A stretch of DNA of 64,000 bases from Nitrosopumilaceae archaeon (GCA_965203465.1 CBDBCR010000003.1:544001-608000), one strand, 5' to 3'; shown: positions 38,237 through 48,693, counted from the stretch's first letter. A program made the numbers and translations. Notes: generated from the letters alone by a model not told the origin.

Positions 38237-39433
38237 GTGGTGATCGTCATAGACCCGTCGGTGGCAGGCGTCTCGGGGGACATGCTGCTCTGCGCCCTTG
38301 TGGACGCGGGCGCCGGCGCGGGCGCCGTCTCCGAGGCGTGCTCGCAGGCGGCCCTCTGCCTGCCCGGCACCCGCTCGGCGGAGGTGGGGTTCGTAAAGTC
38401 CTCGAGGCGCGGCGTGGCGTGCACCTGCATTGAACTGAAGATAGACGAGGACGGCGTAGCGCGCCCGGCCTCCGAGGTGGTCGCGGCGGTGCGCCAAGCT
38501 TCGGAAAAGATCCTGACCGAAAGGCCCGCCGCGTACGCGGTCTCGTGCGCCGAGAGGCTCGCGCGCGCCGAGGCCGGCGTGCACGGGGGCCAGAGCGCCC
38601 ACCTGCACGAGGCCGCCGGCGCCGACACGCTCGTCGACATAGTGGGGTGCGCCTTTGCGCTCGAACAGCTGGGCGCGTTCGAAGACGAGATAGCGTGCAT
38701 GCCCGTGGCGCTCGGCTCCGGCACGGTCGAGTTTTCCCACGGCACCTCGCCGTGCCCCGCCTACGCGGTGCTCGAGATACTGAAAGGCACCGGCATAGAG
38801 TCGCACGGGACGCCGGCGCGCGCCGAGCTTGCCACGCCGACCGGCGCGGCGCTGCTCGCGGGGCTGGTGGAATCCAGCTCCAGGTTCTACCCGCCCGTGT
38901 CCGCAGAGGCGGTCGGGTACGGCGGCGGCGCGCGCGACTTTGTGGAGTTTGCGAACGTGCTGCGCGTGGTGCGCGGCCGGCCGTCGTGGCGGGGAGGATC
39001 GGTGACGGTGCTCGAGACCAGCATAGACGACGCCACCGGCGAGCAGGTCGGCGCCATGATAGAAAAGCTGCAGGGCACGGTGCTCGACGTCTCGGTGGTC
39101 CCGGCCGTCTCCAAAAAGAACCGCCCGTCGTACTGCGTCTGGATAGTCTGCGAGCACCAAGACGCTCAGCGCGCGGCCGGCGTTCTGCACGCGTCCACGG
39201 GGACGCTGGGCGTCAGGGCGCGCAGGACCGAGCGCATGGAATACGCGCGCTCTGAAAAGTCCGAAAGGGTGCGCGTGCGCGGAAAAGAGTTCGACGTGCG
39301 GTTCAAGTCCGGCGCGGGCGGGGAGATAGTAAAGCCCGAGTTCGAGGACGTGCGGCGCGTCTCCGAAGAGTGCGGCCTGACGCTGCGCGAGGCGGACGCG
39401 GCGGTGCGCGCTGCGCTGGGGGGCCGGGCTTGA
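38237..39433 (+). CDS. larC: Nickel-pincer cofactor nickel insertase
   Basis: AGVSGDMLL, AEAGVHG, HLHEAAGADTLVDIVG, ELATPTGAA, LETSIDD, KKNRP, KPEFED. Confidence 0.92.
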   Translation: MVIVIDPSVAGVSGDMLLCALVDAGAGAGAVSEACSQAALCLPGTRSAEVGFVKSSRRGVACTCIELKIDEDGVARPASEVVAAVRQASEKILTERPAAYAVSCAERLARAEAGVHGGQSAHLHEAAGADTLVDIVGCAFALEQLGAFEDEIACMPVALGSGTVEFSHGTSPCPAYAVLEILKGTGIESHGTPARAELATPTGAALLAGLVESSSRFYPPVSAEAVGYGGGARDFVEFANVLRVVRGRPSWRGGSVTVLETSIDDATGEQVGAMIEKLQGTVLDVSVVPAVSKKNRPSYCVWIVCEHQDAQRAAGVLHASTGTLGVRARRTERMEYARSEKSERVRVRGKEFDVRFKSGAGGEIVKPEFEDVRRVSEECGLTLREADAAVRAALGGRA

Positions 39434-40203
39434 GCCTCCGGTCGTGGTTCGAGGGGAGGGGGCGGGTCTTGGTGGCCCTTTCGGGCGGCGTGGACAGCGC
39501 CCTCGTCGCGCACGCGGCGCGCTCTGCGCTAGGCGGCGGGGCACTGGCCGTCACGGCCGACTACCAGACGCTGGCCTCCGAGGAGCTGGCCTCGGCCCGG
39601 CAGGTGGCAGGGCAGATAGGCATAGAGCACCAGGTCGTCCGGTACAGCGAGCTGGAAGACGAGGTGTTTGCGCGCAACGGCAAGGACAGGTGCTTCCACT
39701 GCAGGACGGCCCTCGGCGGGCGGCTGCTGGAGATGGCCGCGGGCCGCGGCATCGGTACCGTGGTGGACGGCACGCACGCGGGCGACGAGGGCGAGTACCG
39801 GCCCGGCATCGAGGCGATGCGCGGCGCCGGCGTGCGCAGCCCGCTCGCCGAGCTCGGCATCGCAAAGCCGCAGGTGCGCAGGATGGCGAGGGAGGCTGGC
39901 CTCGAGGTGCACGACCGCCCGTCCAACTCTTGCCTGGCCTCCCGGATACCCTGGGGGCGGCGCGTGACCGCAGAGCGCCTGCTGCGCGTGGAGCTCGGCG
40001 AGCGGATGGTGCGCGAAAAGTTCGGCCTGCGGCAGGTGCGCGTGCGGGACGCGGGCGGGCGGGCGCGCATAGAGGTGATGCCCCCCGACGTGGAGCGCGT
40101 GAGCGCCGGGCGCAGCGCGCTGGAAAACGGGTTCGCCGCGCTGGGTTTTTCGTCGCTCGAAGTCGACCCGCGCGGGTACTCGCCGGGGGGCGCCAACGCT
40201 TGA
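39430..40203 (+). CDS. larE: ATP-dependent sulfur transferase
   Basis: SGGVDS PP-loop, RCFHC, YRPG, SPL, CLASRIP, QVRVR; TTG start overlapping the larC stop. Confidence 0.92.
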   Translation: MSLRSWFEGRGRVLVALSGGVDSALVAHAARSALGGGALAVTADYQTLASEELASARQVAGQIGIEHQVVRYSELEDEVFARNGKDRCFHCRTALGGRLLEMAAGRGIGTVVDGTHAGDEGEYRPGIEAMRGAGVRSPLAELGIAKPQVRRMAREAGLEVHDRPSNSCLASRIPWGRRVTAERLLRVELGERMVREKFGLRQVRVRDAGGRARIEVMPPDVERVSAGRSALENGFAALGFSSLEVDPRGYSPGGANA

Positions 40204-41339
40204 TCTACATGGACAGCGCGGCCTCCACGCCGGTGGATCCGCGCGTGCTCGAAGAGATGGCGCCGTACATGTCCGGGCAGTTCGGCAACCCCTCGTCGGT
40301 CCACCGCATGGGCCGCCAGGCCGCAAGGGCCGTCGGCGCGGCGCGCAGGGAGGTGGCAGAACTGATAAACGCCGATCCCTCCGAGATAGTGTTCACGTCC
40401 GGCGGCACCGAATCGGACAACACCGCCCTGCGCTCGGCGCGCGGCAAAATAGTCACCTCCCAGATAGAGCACGAGGCGGTCTTGGCCGCCTGCAGGCGCC
40501 TCGAGTCCGAGGGCGCAAAAGTCTCGTACCTGCCCGTCGACGGCGCCGGAATGGTGGACATGGGGGCGCTGCGCCGCGAGGCGCCCGGCGCCGCGCTTGT
40601 CAGCATAATGCTGGCGAACAACGAGGTCGGCACGGTCCAGCCCATGGCCCAGATATCGCGCGTCTGCAAGGAGGCCGGCGCCCTCTTGCACACCGACGCG
40701 GTGCAGGCCGTCGGCAGGATGCCCGTCGACGTGCGGGAGCTCGGAGTCGACATGCTCTCGCTTTCGGGCCACAAGCTCAACGGGCCCAAGGGGTGCGGCG
40801 CCCTCTACGTGAGGAGGGGCGCCCGGGCCGCGCCGCTGCTCGAAGGCGGCGGCCAGGAGGGAGGGCTGCGCTCCGGCACGGAGAACGTGCCGGCCATAGT
40901 CGGCCTGGGGGCCGCGTGCAGGATCTGCCGCCAGGAGATGGACGCGAGGGTCGCGGGGTGCGATCGGGTGCGGGCCCGCATGTCCGGGCGCATACTCTCC
41001 GAGGTGCCCCTCTCTGTGCTCAACGGCGACGCCGGGCGGCGCGTGCCCGGGAACATGCACTTTTCCTTCCCGGGCGTCGAGGGCGAGGACTTGGTGGTAA
41101 AGCTGGACGAGTACGGCGTGGCCGCCTCGACCGGCTCGGCGTGCGCCGTCAACCGGCAGTCCGAATCCCACGTGCTGCTGGCCATGGGGCTGGGCCGCGA
41201 GATGGTCGCCGGATCGCTGCGGCTCACGCCGGGCGCGCAGACGAGCGACGCCGAGGCCGACGAGGCGGTCGAGGCGGTCAAGCGCGCCGTATCAGAGCTG
41301 CGGCGCGTCTCGCCGCTGCGCGCAAAGTACGGGTTCTGA
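40200..41339 (+). CDS. iscS: Cysteine desulfurase (IscS/NifS group)
   Basis: IYMDSAASTP, GNPSSVH, TSGGTES, HTDAVQ, SGHK, STGSAC; TTG start overlapping the larE stop. Confidence 0.9.
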   Translation: MIYMDSAASTPVDPRVLEEMAPYMSGQFGNPSSVHRMGRQAARAVGAARREVAELINADPSEIVFTSGGTESDNTALRSARGKIVTSQIEHEAVLAACRRLESEGAKVSYLPVDGAGMVDMGALRREAPGAALVSIMLANNEVGTVQPMAQISRVCKEAGALLHTDAVQAVGRMPVDVRELGVDMLSLSGHKLNGPKGCGALYVRRGARAAPLLEGGGQEGGLRSGTENVPAIVGLGAACRICRQEMDARVAGCDRVRARMSGRILSEVPLSVLNGDAGRRVPGNMHFSFPGVEGEDLVVKLDEYGVAASTGSACAVNRQSESHVLLAMGLGREMVAGSLRLTPGAQTSDAEADEAVEAVKRAVSELRRVSPLRAKYGF

Positions 41340-42150
41340 GGCGCGCGGCGGCCGCCGGCAGCGCCGAGGCCGCGAGGATCGCCCCGGCCGCGCCGAACTC
41401 GGGCACCACGCAGGTTCCTATCACCTCTACTTCCTGGGCGCCGCGCTCAAAGTCGGCCTCGACGGTGCGGTGCGTCGGCGTGGATTCCAGCTGCCGGTGC
41501 TGCACCTGCTCGCCGTCCACGCGCACGATGTAGGTGTCGTCGGGCCCGTCGCACCCGCCCGTCCCCGATTCGCTGCCGCTGATGCGCGCGTCTATCGACC
41601 GCCTCGGCAGCTCGAGGCGGAGCGTGCCGTCGGAGGGCGACGAGATGCCCACCTTCAGCGAGAGGCCCTGCTCGTCTACGGACATCGAGTCCACCGCGCC
41701 GCCGGCCACCGTGTAGCCGACGCCGAACGAGGAGAGCGGATCGGGCATGATCACCTCGTATATGTCCGTCACCGGCACGACGTCGGCGTCGGGCTTGAAG
41801 CCGAACTGCCTCTCGGTGGAGCTGACCCCCCCGTAGGAGACCTTTACGGTGTAGGTGCCCTCTTTTTGCCACAGCGGCCCGCTCGCCAGCAGCGTGTAAA
41901 GGTACGTGCCGTCCTCGGCGGGCAGCTCTTGGTGCACCTCGCGCAGGTCGTCGGCGCCGTGGAATATCTGGATTATCACGGGCGTGTCGTCCAAGCGCAC
42001 GCCCACCTTGCCCGATATGACCACCACCTCGCCGGCGGTGTACTCTTCCTGCGAGAGGCTCAGCGTGACGCCCTGCTGCGAGGCGGCGTACGGGGCCGCG
42101 CCGAGCGCGGCCACGGCGAGCGCGGCCAGTATCGCAGCTGCTGCATTCAC
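41278..42150 (-). CDS. PEFG-CTERM surface protein 1
   Basis: Signal peptide; VVPEFG + TM segment + basic tail. Confidence 0.85.
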   Translation of the reverse strand: MNAAAAILAALAVAALGAAPYAASQQGVTLSLSQEEYTAGEVVVISGKVGVRLDDTPVIIQIFHGADDLREVHQELPAEDGTYLYTLLASGPLWQKEGTYTVKVSYGGVSSTERQFGFKPDADVVPVTDIYEVIMPDPLSSFGVGYTVAGGAVDSMSVDEQGLSLKVGISSPSDGTLRLELPRRSIDARISGSESGTGGCDGPDDTYIVRVDGEQVQHRQLESTPTHRTVEADFERGAQEVEVIGTCVVPEFGAAGAILAASALPAAAARLRTRTLRAAARRAAALIRRA

Positions 42151-42284
42151 GCGGTTGCGGGCGGAGCATTCTATATCTCTTTTACTGTGGATTCGTGCGC
42201 GCCGGAGGCGGCCCCGGCTCCCGGCAAGGCCGCGGCTTTCCGGCGGCGCGCGGCCGATCCGAAAGCGCGCGGATCGCGCGCGGG

Positions 42285-42308
42285 CAAAAAATGAAAAAAA
42301 GAGAAGGC
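42285..42308 (-). terminator. U-rich archaeal terminator
   Basis: CCTTCTCTTTTTTTCATTTTTT directly after the stop at 42309. Confidence 0.6.
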
Positions 42309-43142
42309 CTAGTACCTTGGAACCGGCGAGAGCCGGGATCTCGTGGTCGCGACTATGGCCACTACGGCCACTGCCAGAACCACCAAGGCGACTGCGCCAA
42401 ACTCTGGTATTACGAACCCTCCGTAAAACTCGATCTTTTCGGTGCCCGCGGGGAACGAGACTGTAATGTCGTTGCCCGACACGTCCACGTCGTCCCACAT
42501 CTCGCCGTCCACCAGCGCCGACGTGAAGTCCCTAAAGACTTCGGGCGTCGGGCTCAGCGTCAGCGTGCCCGCTCTGAACGGATCGACCATCACGATCAGG
42601 GCCTTGCCCTCATCCAGCATCGTGCCGGTCACGGCAGAGCCGGTGATGGTGTATGGCACGCAGTACTCGCCGAACGAGAGCTCGTCTGCCGAGCACTCTG
42701 CGGTTTCGGCCGGCGTCCTTCCGATCATGGTCGGCACGCCTCCGGTCAGCTCCACGAGCGTCTTGTTGTTGACGCTCTGGGCGCCGTACTGGACGCGTAT
42801 GGTGTACGTGCCGTCGTACTTCCAGAACTCGCCCGCCGTGCTGAGCTCGGTGCCGTACGTTCCTTCCTCGGACACCTTGAGCTGCGCGAACGAGACGATG
42901 TTGCCTGTCGGGCTGATGACCTGCAACGTCACATCTGTGCCGCGGCTGGCGTTTGCCACAGTACCGCTCACCATGATGGACGAGTCGTGGTCGTACGAGC
43001 CCTTGTCGGTGGTGATCGTGATCGGTACGCTTGCCGTCAGAAGCCTGTCTGCCTCGCTGGGAGAGTGGTCGTCCCCGAACGCCGGGGATGCGGCCGCCGC
43101 GCCCGCCAAGGCCAGGACAGCTACCAGTATGTGACTCTTCAT
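42309..43142 (-). CDS. PEFG-CTERM surface protein 2
   Basis: Signal peptide; VIPEFG + TM + SRLSPVPRY. Confidence 0.9.
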   Translation of the reverse strand: MKSHILVAVLALAGAAAASPAFGDDHSPSEADRLLTASVPITITTDKGSYDHDSSIMVSGTVANASRGTDVTLQVISPTGNIVSFAQLKVSEEGTYGTELSTAGEFWKYDGTYTIRVQYGAQSVNNKTLVELTGGVPTMIGRTPAETAECSADELSFGEYCVPYTITGSAVTGTMLDEGKALIVMVDPFRAGTLTLSPTPEVFRDFTSALVDGEMWDDVDVSGNDITVSFPAGTEKIEFYGGFVIPEFGAVALVVLAVAVVAIVATTRSRLSPVPRY

Positions 43143-43242
43143 CTTGCCGGCACGCCTTCCAAGTCTCTATTTATATAATGCGGTGGGATCCGCGCCGAGG
43201 GCCCCTCCCGGCCGGGCCCGGTTTCGGCGCCGGGCGGGGCCG

Positions 43243-43998
43243 TTACGCGCGGCCCAGGCGCCTCCCGGCGGCCACCGCCGCGGCAAAGCCGGCGGCCGCG
43301 AGCGCGGCGGCCGAGCCGAACTCGGGCACCACCACCCCGCCGGATATCTCGATCTGCGCGCTGGCCTCGCGCGGGCCCTGGCTGGCATGCACCGTGTAGA
43401 GCCCGTCGCGCTCCCACAGCCGGCCCCCCGTCTGGAGCGGGGCCGAGAACGAGCCGTCGGCCAGCGGCTCGAGCGCGGCGACGGCTACGACTTGGCCGCC
43501 GGGCCCCCGCACCTCCACGCGCACAGGCAGATCCAGCGTGGCCGCCGTCCCCGACACCTCGACCAGGTCGGATCCGGGCTCGCCGTCGGCGCGCAGCTCC
43601 AAAACGCCGCCCGGCTCGGCCGGCTCTGCGATCTTTTCGAACGTAGACTGCGCCTCCTCGGTCTGGTGCGCCCTGCCGTCCGAGACGCGCACGCCGGCCG
43701 AGGCCGAGTACAGCGGCGCGCCCTGGTTTGCCCGCACAGAGTACACGCCGTCCTCGCGCCACAGCTCCGATATACGGAACTCTTTTTCGAACCCGCCGCC
43801 GGGGCCCGGCGTCGCCTGGTAGGCGTCGACGAGCGCGCCGGACGGCGATACCACCACGACGGTCACGTCGTGCTGCCTCGAGGTCGTGCCGTACACGTGC
43901 ACGGAGCGCGAGCCCTCGCCGGCCCACACGGTCAGCGTCATGCCGGCCTCGGCGGCCGGCGCCGAGGCGGCCAGGGCGGCGACGAGCAGTACCAGCAC
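43243..43998 (-). CDS. PEFG-CTERM surface protein 3 (two Ig-like modules)
   Basis: Signal peptide; two LW..DG.Y.V.A.QG modules; VVPEFG + TM. Confidence 0.85.
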   Translation of the reverse strand: MLVLLVAALAASAPAAEAGMTLTVWAGEGSRSVHVYGTTSRQHDVTVVVVSPSGALVDAYQATPGPGGGFEKEFRISELWREDGVYSVRANQGAPLYSASAGVRVSDGRAHQTEEAQSTFEKIAEPAEPGGVLELRADGEPGSDLVEVSGTAATLDLPVRVEVRGPGGQVVAVAALEPLADGSFSAPLQTGGRLWERDGLYTVHASQGPREASAQIEISGGVVVPEFGSAAALAAAGFAAAVAAGRRLGRA

Positions 43999-44053
43999 GC
44001 CGAAGCGCGGCGGCGCGCGTATTTATGCGCGCCGGCGGGCGCCGGCCGCGTGG

Positions 44054-44073
44054 CAAAAAAAGTAGAAAGAGGT
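44054..44073 (-). terminator. U-rich archaeal terminator
   Basis: CCTCTTTCTACTTTTTTT just after the stop at 44074. Confidence 0.6.
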
Positions 44074-44925
44074 CTAGTACCTTGGCGCGAGGCTGAGCCT
44101 TGACCTTGCAGTGACCGCGACTATTGCGATCACGGCGGCCGCGAGCACCACCACCGCCACGGCCCCGAACTCGGGAACCGCGCAAGTTCCAATGATCTCG
44201 ATCTCTTCAGAGTCTGCAAAGAACCCGATGGTCAGCGTGCGCGAGTCCGAGCTTACGGCCTCGCGGAACTCTTGCTCTTCGCGGTCGACTATCACGATGA
44301 ACTGGTCGTCGTCCCCTTCGCACCCGCTCATCTTGGCGTCTATGACGTCGCGCGGCAGCGTCAGCGACAGCTCCCCGTCGTCGGTCGGCGCGATGTTGAC
44401 TGTCAGCGAGCTGTACTCGCCGCTTATCGACATGCCCGTCACGCTGCCGCCGGTTATCGAATAGCCGATGTCGAACGCCCCGGCTTCGCCAGCCTGCAGC
44501 GTGAACATCGTGGTACCCGCGTCGGTCGGCGGCCTGGTCATTCCAGGCTCCGATCCGCCGAAGGCGAACGTAGTCTCCGCTACCCGGTTGGCGCCGTACT
44601 GGACGCGCACGGTGTAGTCGCCGGCCGCGGTCCAGAGGATGCCGCCGGCGGTCAGCTCGTTAAAGCTGAACGTCCGGTCGTCGTCGACGGTGGTCTGGCC
44701 CGCGCCCACGACGTTGTTGCCGTTGGGCGAGATGATCTGGTACGTGACCGACATCCCGCTGATGCGGTTTGCCACCTCTCCGGTTATCATGACGGCGTCG
44801 CCGTCCGAGTACGAGCTCTTGTCGGTGGAGACAGAGATGGGCTCTGCTATCTGCGCAAAGGCCTGCGTTGCAGCGCCCGCGACGATCGCCGCGGACAGCA
44901 GCATTACGTACAGGTGAATCCTCAT
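44074..44925 (-). CDS. PEFG-CTERM surface protein 4
   Basis: ATG at 44925; signal peptide; AVPEFG + TM + SRLSLAPRY. Confidence 0.9.
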   Translation of the reverse strand: MRIHLYVMLLSAAIVAGAATQAFAQIAEPISVSTDKSSYSDGDAVMITGEVANRISGMSVTYQIISPNGNNVVGAGQTTVDDDRTFSFNELTAGGILWTAAGDYTVRVQYGANRVAETTFAFGGSEPGMTRPPTDAGTTMFTLQAGEAGAFDIGYSITGGSVTGMSISGEYSSLTVNIAPTDDGELSLTLPRDVIDAKMSGCEGDDDQFIVIVDREEQEFREAVSSDSRTLTIGFFADSEEIEIIGTCAVPEFGAVAVVVLAAAVIAIVAVTARSRLSLAPRY

Positions 44926-45092
44926 TGCCCGCGGTCTTGGCGTGAGGCTATTTAAGTTTGCCAAACAAAATTATTTAGCGGCGCGGTGTAATTTCCGTCC
45001 ACGATCCCCGAGTAGATATATATTAACGCCTCTGAGGGGCGGCACGCTTGGGTTCTGTCGCTCTAGGTCGCCATATCCGGGGGTGCCCCTGA

Positions 45093-45344
45093 GTGGCCGC
45101 CAAGAAAAAGGCCATACTGGTGCCCGACCACGACCTGGTTCCAAAGCACGAGATCATGACCCGCCAGGAGGCGCAGGAGGTGCTAGACAGGTTCCACTGC
45201 CAGCCCACCGACCTGCCCCTCATATTCGCCACCGATCCGGCCATAGTCGGCCTCGGCATAAAGCCGGGCGACATGATACGGATAACCCGCCAGAGCGCGA
45301 CGGCCGGCGAATCCGAATACTACAGGTACGTGGTGGAGGCATAG
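45093..45344 (+). CDS. rpoH: RNA polymerase subunit Rpo5 (H)
   Basis: HDLVPKHEI, LPLI...DP, GDMIRITRQS.TAG...YYRYV. Confidence 0.95.
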   Translation: MAAKKKAILVPDHDLVPKHEIMTRQEAQEVLDRFHCQPTDLPLIFATDPAIVGLGIKPGDMIRITRQSATAGESEYYRYVVEA

Positions 45345-48300
45345 TGGCGGATCCTTCCATCAAGCGCTGGCCCGTCGTTCAGGATATACTGCGGCGCGAA
45401 GGGATCGCCAGGCAGCACCTCAACTCGTTCGACGAGTTCCTCAAGCACGGCCTGCAGAGCATCATAGACGAGGCCGGCCAGATAGAGATAGACAACGCAG
45501 AGTACCCCTACAGGATACAGCTGGGCAAGATAAAGCTGCAGCGCCCGCGCATGATGGAGCTGGACGGCTCCATAACCCACGTGACTCCGGCCGAGGCGCG
45601 CCTGCGCAACGTCTCGTACGCGGCCCCCGTCATGATGGAGGCGAGCGTGATAGAGGACGGCAAAGTGCTCGAATCAAAGTTCGTCCACATCGGCGACGTG
45701 CCGGTGATGACGAAATCCACCGCGTGCATACTGAACAACTACTCTTCGCAAAAGCTCGTAGAGCACGGCGAGGATCCCAACGATCCGGGCGGCTACTTCA
45801 TCATACACGGATCCGAGCGCGTCGTGGTGGGGCTCGAGGACCTGTCGTACAACAAGATAATAGTGGACAGGGAGACCGTCGCGGGCAACCCCGTGTACAA
45901 GGCCAAGGTGTACTCTTCCATAGTGGGGTACCGCGCAAAGCTGGAGCTCATAATGAAGAACGACGGGCTCATGGTGGCGCGCATACCCGGATCGCCCGTG
46001 GACATACCGGTGGTCACGCTGATGCGCGCGCTCGGCGTGGAATCGGACAAGGACATAGCCGGCCTGGTCTCGCTGGTCGAGCAGGTGCAGGACGAGCTGG
46101 AGGGCTCTTTCGAAAAGTCCGGCGACGTGCAGACTTCAAAGGACGCCATAGTGTACATCAGCAAGAGGATAGCGCCGGGCATGCTCGAAGAGTTCCAGAT
46201 AAAGAGGGCCGAGACGCTGCTCGACTGGAGCCTGCTGCCGCACCTGGGCAAGCACCCCGAGAACCGCCGCGAAAAGACGCAGTTCCTCGGCGAGGCCGCC
46301 TGCAAGCTGCTCGAGCTAAAGATGGGCTGGATAGACGCCGACGACAAGGACCACTACGGCAACAAGGTGGTGAAGTTCGCCGGCCAGATGCTGGCAGACC
46401 TGTTCCGCACCGCCTTCCGCAACCTGATAAGGGACATGAAGTACCAGCTGGAGCGCTCGGGGCAGAAGCGCGGCATCAACGCGGTCGCGGCGGCCATACG
46501 CCCGGGCATAATCACCGACAAGCTCAACAACGCCATCGCCACGGGCAACTGGGGCAGGGGCCGCGTGGGCGTCACGCAGCTGCTAGACCGCACCAACTAC
46601 CTTTCGACCATCAGCCACCTGCGCAGGGTCCAGTCCCCGCTGAGCCGCACGCAGCCCAACTTCGAGGCGCGCGACCTGCACGCCACCCACTTCGGCCGCA
46701 TCTGCCCCAGCGAGACGCCCGAGGGGTCCAACTGCGGCCTGGTCAAGAACCTGGCGCTTTCGGCCATAATATCGGTCAACGTGCCCTCCGAGGAGATCGT
46801 CGAAAAGATGTACGACCTCGGCGCCGTCCCGGCCGGCGAGGCCGACGAGCGCGCAAAGGGCGAGGGCGCGCGCATCTTCGTCGACGGCCGCTTCGTCGGC
46901 TACTACGCGGGCGGCGACCAGCTGGTCGAAAAGCTGCGCCAGCTGCGCCGCAGCTACAAGATACACGCGCACATCGGCGTCTCGTACCACGCGCCGGCCC
47001 GCGAGGGCGCCACGCACCGCATATACGTAAGCTGCAACGCCGGCAGGGTGCTGCGCCCGCTCATCGTGGTGCGCGACGGCAGGTCGCTCCTGACCGCCGA
47101 GCTGCTCGAAAAGGTCGGCAAAAAGCTGCTCTCTTGGCAGGATCTGCTCCGCATGGGGGTCATAGAGCTGGTCGACGCCAACGAGGAAGAAAACTGCTAC
47201 GTGGCCCTCGACGAGCGCAGCGCCAAAAAGCACACGCACATGGAGATATTCCCGTCGGCGATACTGGGCGCGGGCGCCTCGATAATCCCGTACCCCGAGC
47301 ACAACCAGTCGCCGCGCAACACGTACGAATCGGCCATGGCCAAGCAGAGCCTTGGGTTCTCGACGCCCATGATGAACACCAGCACGTACGTGCGCCAGCA
47401 CTTCATGCTGTACCCGCAGACGCCCATCGTCAACACCAAGGCCATGAGCCTGCTAGGCCTCGAGGACAGGCCGGCGGGGCAGAACTGCGTGGTGGCCGTG
47501 CTACCCTTCGACGGCTACAACATAGAGGACGCCATAGTGGTCAGCAAGTCGTCGGTGGACAGGGGCCTCGGCAGGACGTTCTTTTACCGCATATACGACG
47601 CCGAATCAAAGCAGTACCCCGGCGGCGCGCGCGACCAGTTCGAGATACCCGACCCCGACTCCAACATACGCGCCTACAAGGGCGACAAGGCCTACAGGCT
47701 GCTAGACGACGACGGGGTCATATCGACCGAGGCCGCCGTCGAGGGCGGCGATGTGCTGATAGGCAAGACCAGCCCGCCCCGGTTCATGGAGGAGTTCCGC
47801 GAGTTCGACGCCTCGGGGCCGTACAGGCGCGACACGTCCATCGGCGTGAGGCCCTCGGAGAACGGCGTGGTGGACACCATAGTGATGACGCAGTCGAGCG
47901 AGGGCGGCAAGATGTACAAGATACGCGTGCGCGACGCGCGCATACCCGAGATAGGCGACAAGTTCGCCTCGCGCCACGGCCAAAAGGGCGTGCTCGGGAT
48001 ACTGGCCAACAACGAGGACCTGCCGTACACGGCCGACGGGGTCACGCCCGACGTGCTCATAAACCCGCACGCGTTCCCCTCGAGGATGACGGTCGGCATG
48101 TTCATGGAATCGATATGCGGCAAGTCCGCGGCGCTCCGCGGGAGCAAGTTCGACGGCTCGGCGTTCGTGGGCGAAAAGATGGACGAAGTCAGGCAGGCCA
48201 TGGAGGCCCGCGGCTTCCAGTACTCGGGCAAGGAGGAGATGTACGACGGGCGCACCGGCAAAAAGTTCCCCGCCGAGGTCTTCATCGGCGTGGTGTACTA

Positions 48301-48691
48301 CCAAAAGCTCCACCACATGGTAGCCGACAAGATACACGCGCGCGCCCGCGGGCAGGTGCAGATGCTCACGAAGCAGCCCACCGAGGGCAGGGCGCGCGGG
48401 GGCGGCCTGCGCTTCGGCGAGATGGAGCGCGACTGCCTGATAGCCTACGGCGCCTCGATGATACTCAAGGACAGGCTGCTCGACGAATCGGACAAGTCCG
48501 ACATTCTGGTCTGCGAGAGGTGCGGCCTGGTAGCGTACAAGGACGCAAAGCAGCGCAAGTACGTCTGCAGGGTCTGCGGCGACAAGGCCAAGATATCCGA
48601 GGTCTCGGTGGCCTACGCCTTCAAGCTGCTGCTGCAGGAGATGCAGAGCCTCAACGTGGCCCCGCGCCTGCTCATAAAGGAGAGGATCTGA
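45344..48691 (+). CDS. rpoB: RNA polymerase subunit Rpo2 (B), unsplit
   Basis: GTG at 45344; ETPEGSNCGLVKN, GYNIED, GDKFASRHGQKG, GGLRFGEMERD. Confidence 0.98.
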   Translation: MADPSIKRWPVVQDILRREGIARQHLNSFDEFLKHGLQSIIDEAGQIEIDNAEYPYRIQLGKIKLQRPRMMELDGSITHVTPAEARLRNVSYAAPVMMEASVIEDGKVLESKFVHIGDVPVMTKSTACILNNYSSQKLVEHGEDPNDPGGYFIIHGSERVVVGLEDLSYNKIIVDRETVAGNPVYKAKVYSSIVGYRAKLELIMKNDGLMVARIPGSPVDIPVVTLMRALGVESDKDIAGLVSLVEQVQDELEGSFEKSGDVQTSKDAIVYISKRIAPGMLEEFQIKRAETLLDWSLLPHLGKHPENRREKTQFLGEAACKLLELKMGWIDADDKDHYGNKVVKFAGQMLADLFRTAFRNLIRDMKYQLERSGQKRGINAVAAAIRPGIITDKLNNAIATGNWGRGRVGVTQLLDRTNYLSTISHLRRVQSPLSRTQPNFEARDLHATHFGRICPSETPEGSNCGLVKNLALSAIISVNVPSEEIVEKMYDLGAVPAGEADERAKGEGARIFVDGRFVGYYAGGDQLVEKLRQLRRSYKIHAHIGVSYHAPAREGATHRIYVSCNAGRVLRPLIVVRDGRSLLTAELLEKVGKKLLSWQDLLRMGVIELVDANEEENCYVALDERSAKKHTHMEIFPSAILGAGASIIPYPEHNQSPRNTYESAMAKQSLGFSTPMMNTSTYVRQHFMLYPQTPIVNTKAMSLLGLEDRPAGQNCVVAVLPFDGYNIEDAIVVSKSSVDRGLGRTFFYRIYDAESKQYPGGARDQFEIPDPDSNIRAYKGDKAYRLLDDDGVISTEAAVEGGDVLIGKTSPPRFMEEFREFDASGPYRRDTSIGVRPSENGVVDTIVMTQSSEGGKMYKIRVRDARIPEIGDKFASRHGQKGVLGILANNEDLPYTADGVTPDVLINPHAFPSRMTVGMFMESICGKSAALRGSKFDGSAFVGEKMDEVRQAMEARGFQYSGKEEMYDGRTGKKFPAEVFIGVVYYQKLHHMVADKIHARARGQVQMLTKQPTEGRARGGGLRFGEMERDCLIAYGASMILKDRLLDESDKSDILVCERCGLVAYKDAKQRKYVCRVCGDKAKISEVSVAYAFKLLLQEMQSLNVAPRLLIKERI

Positions 48692-48693
48692 GA

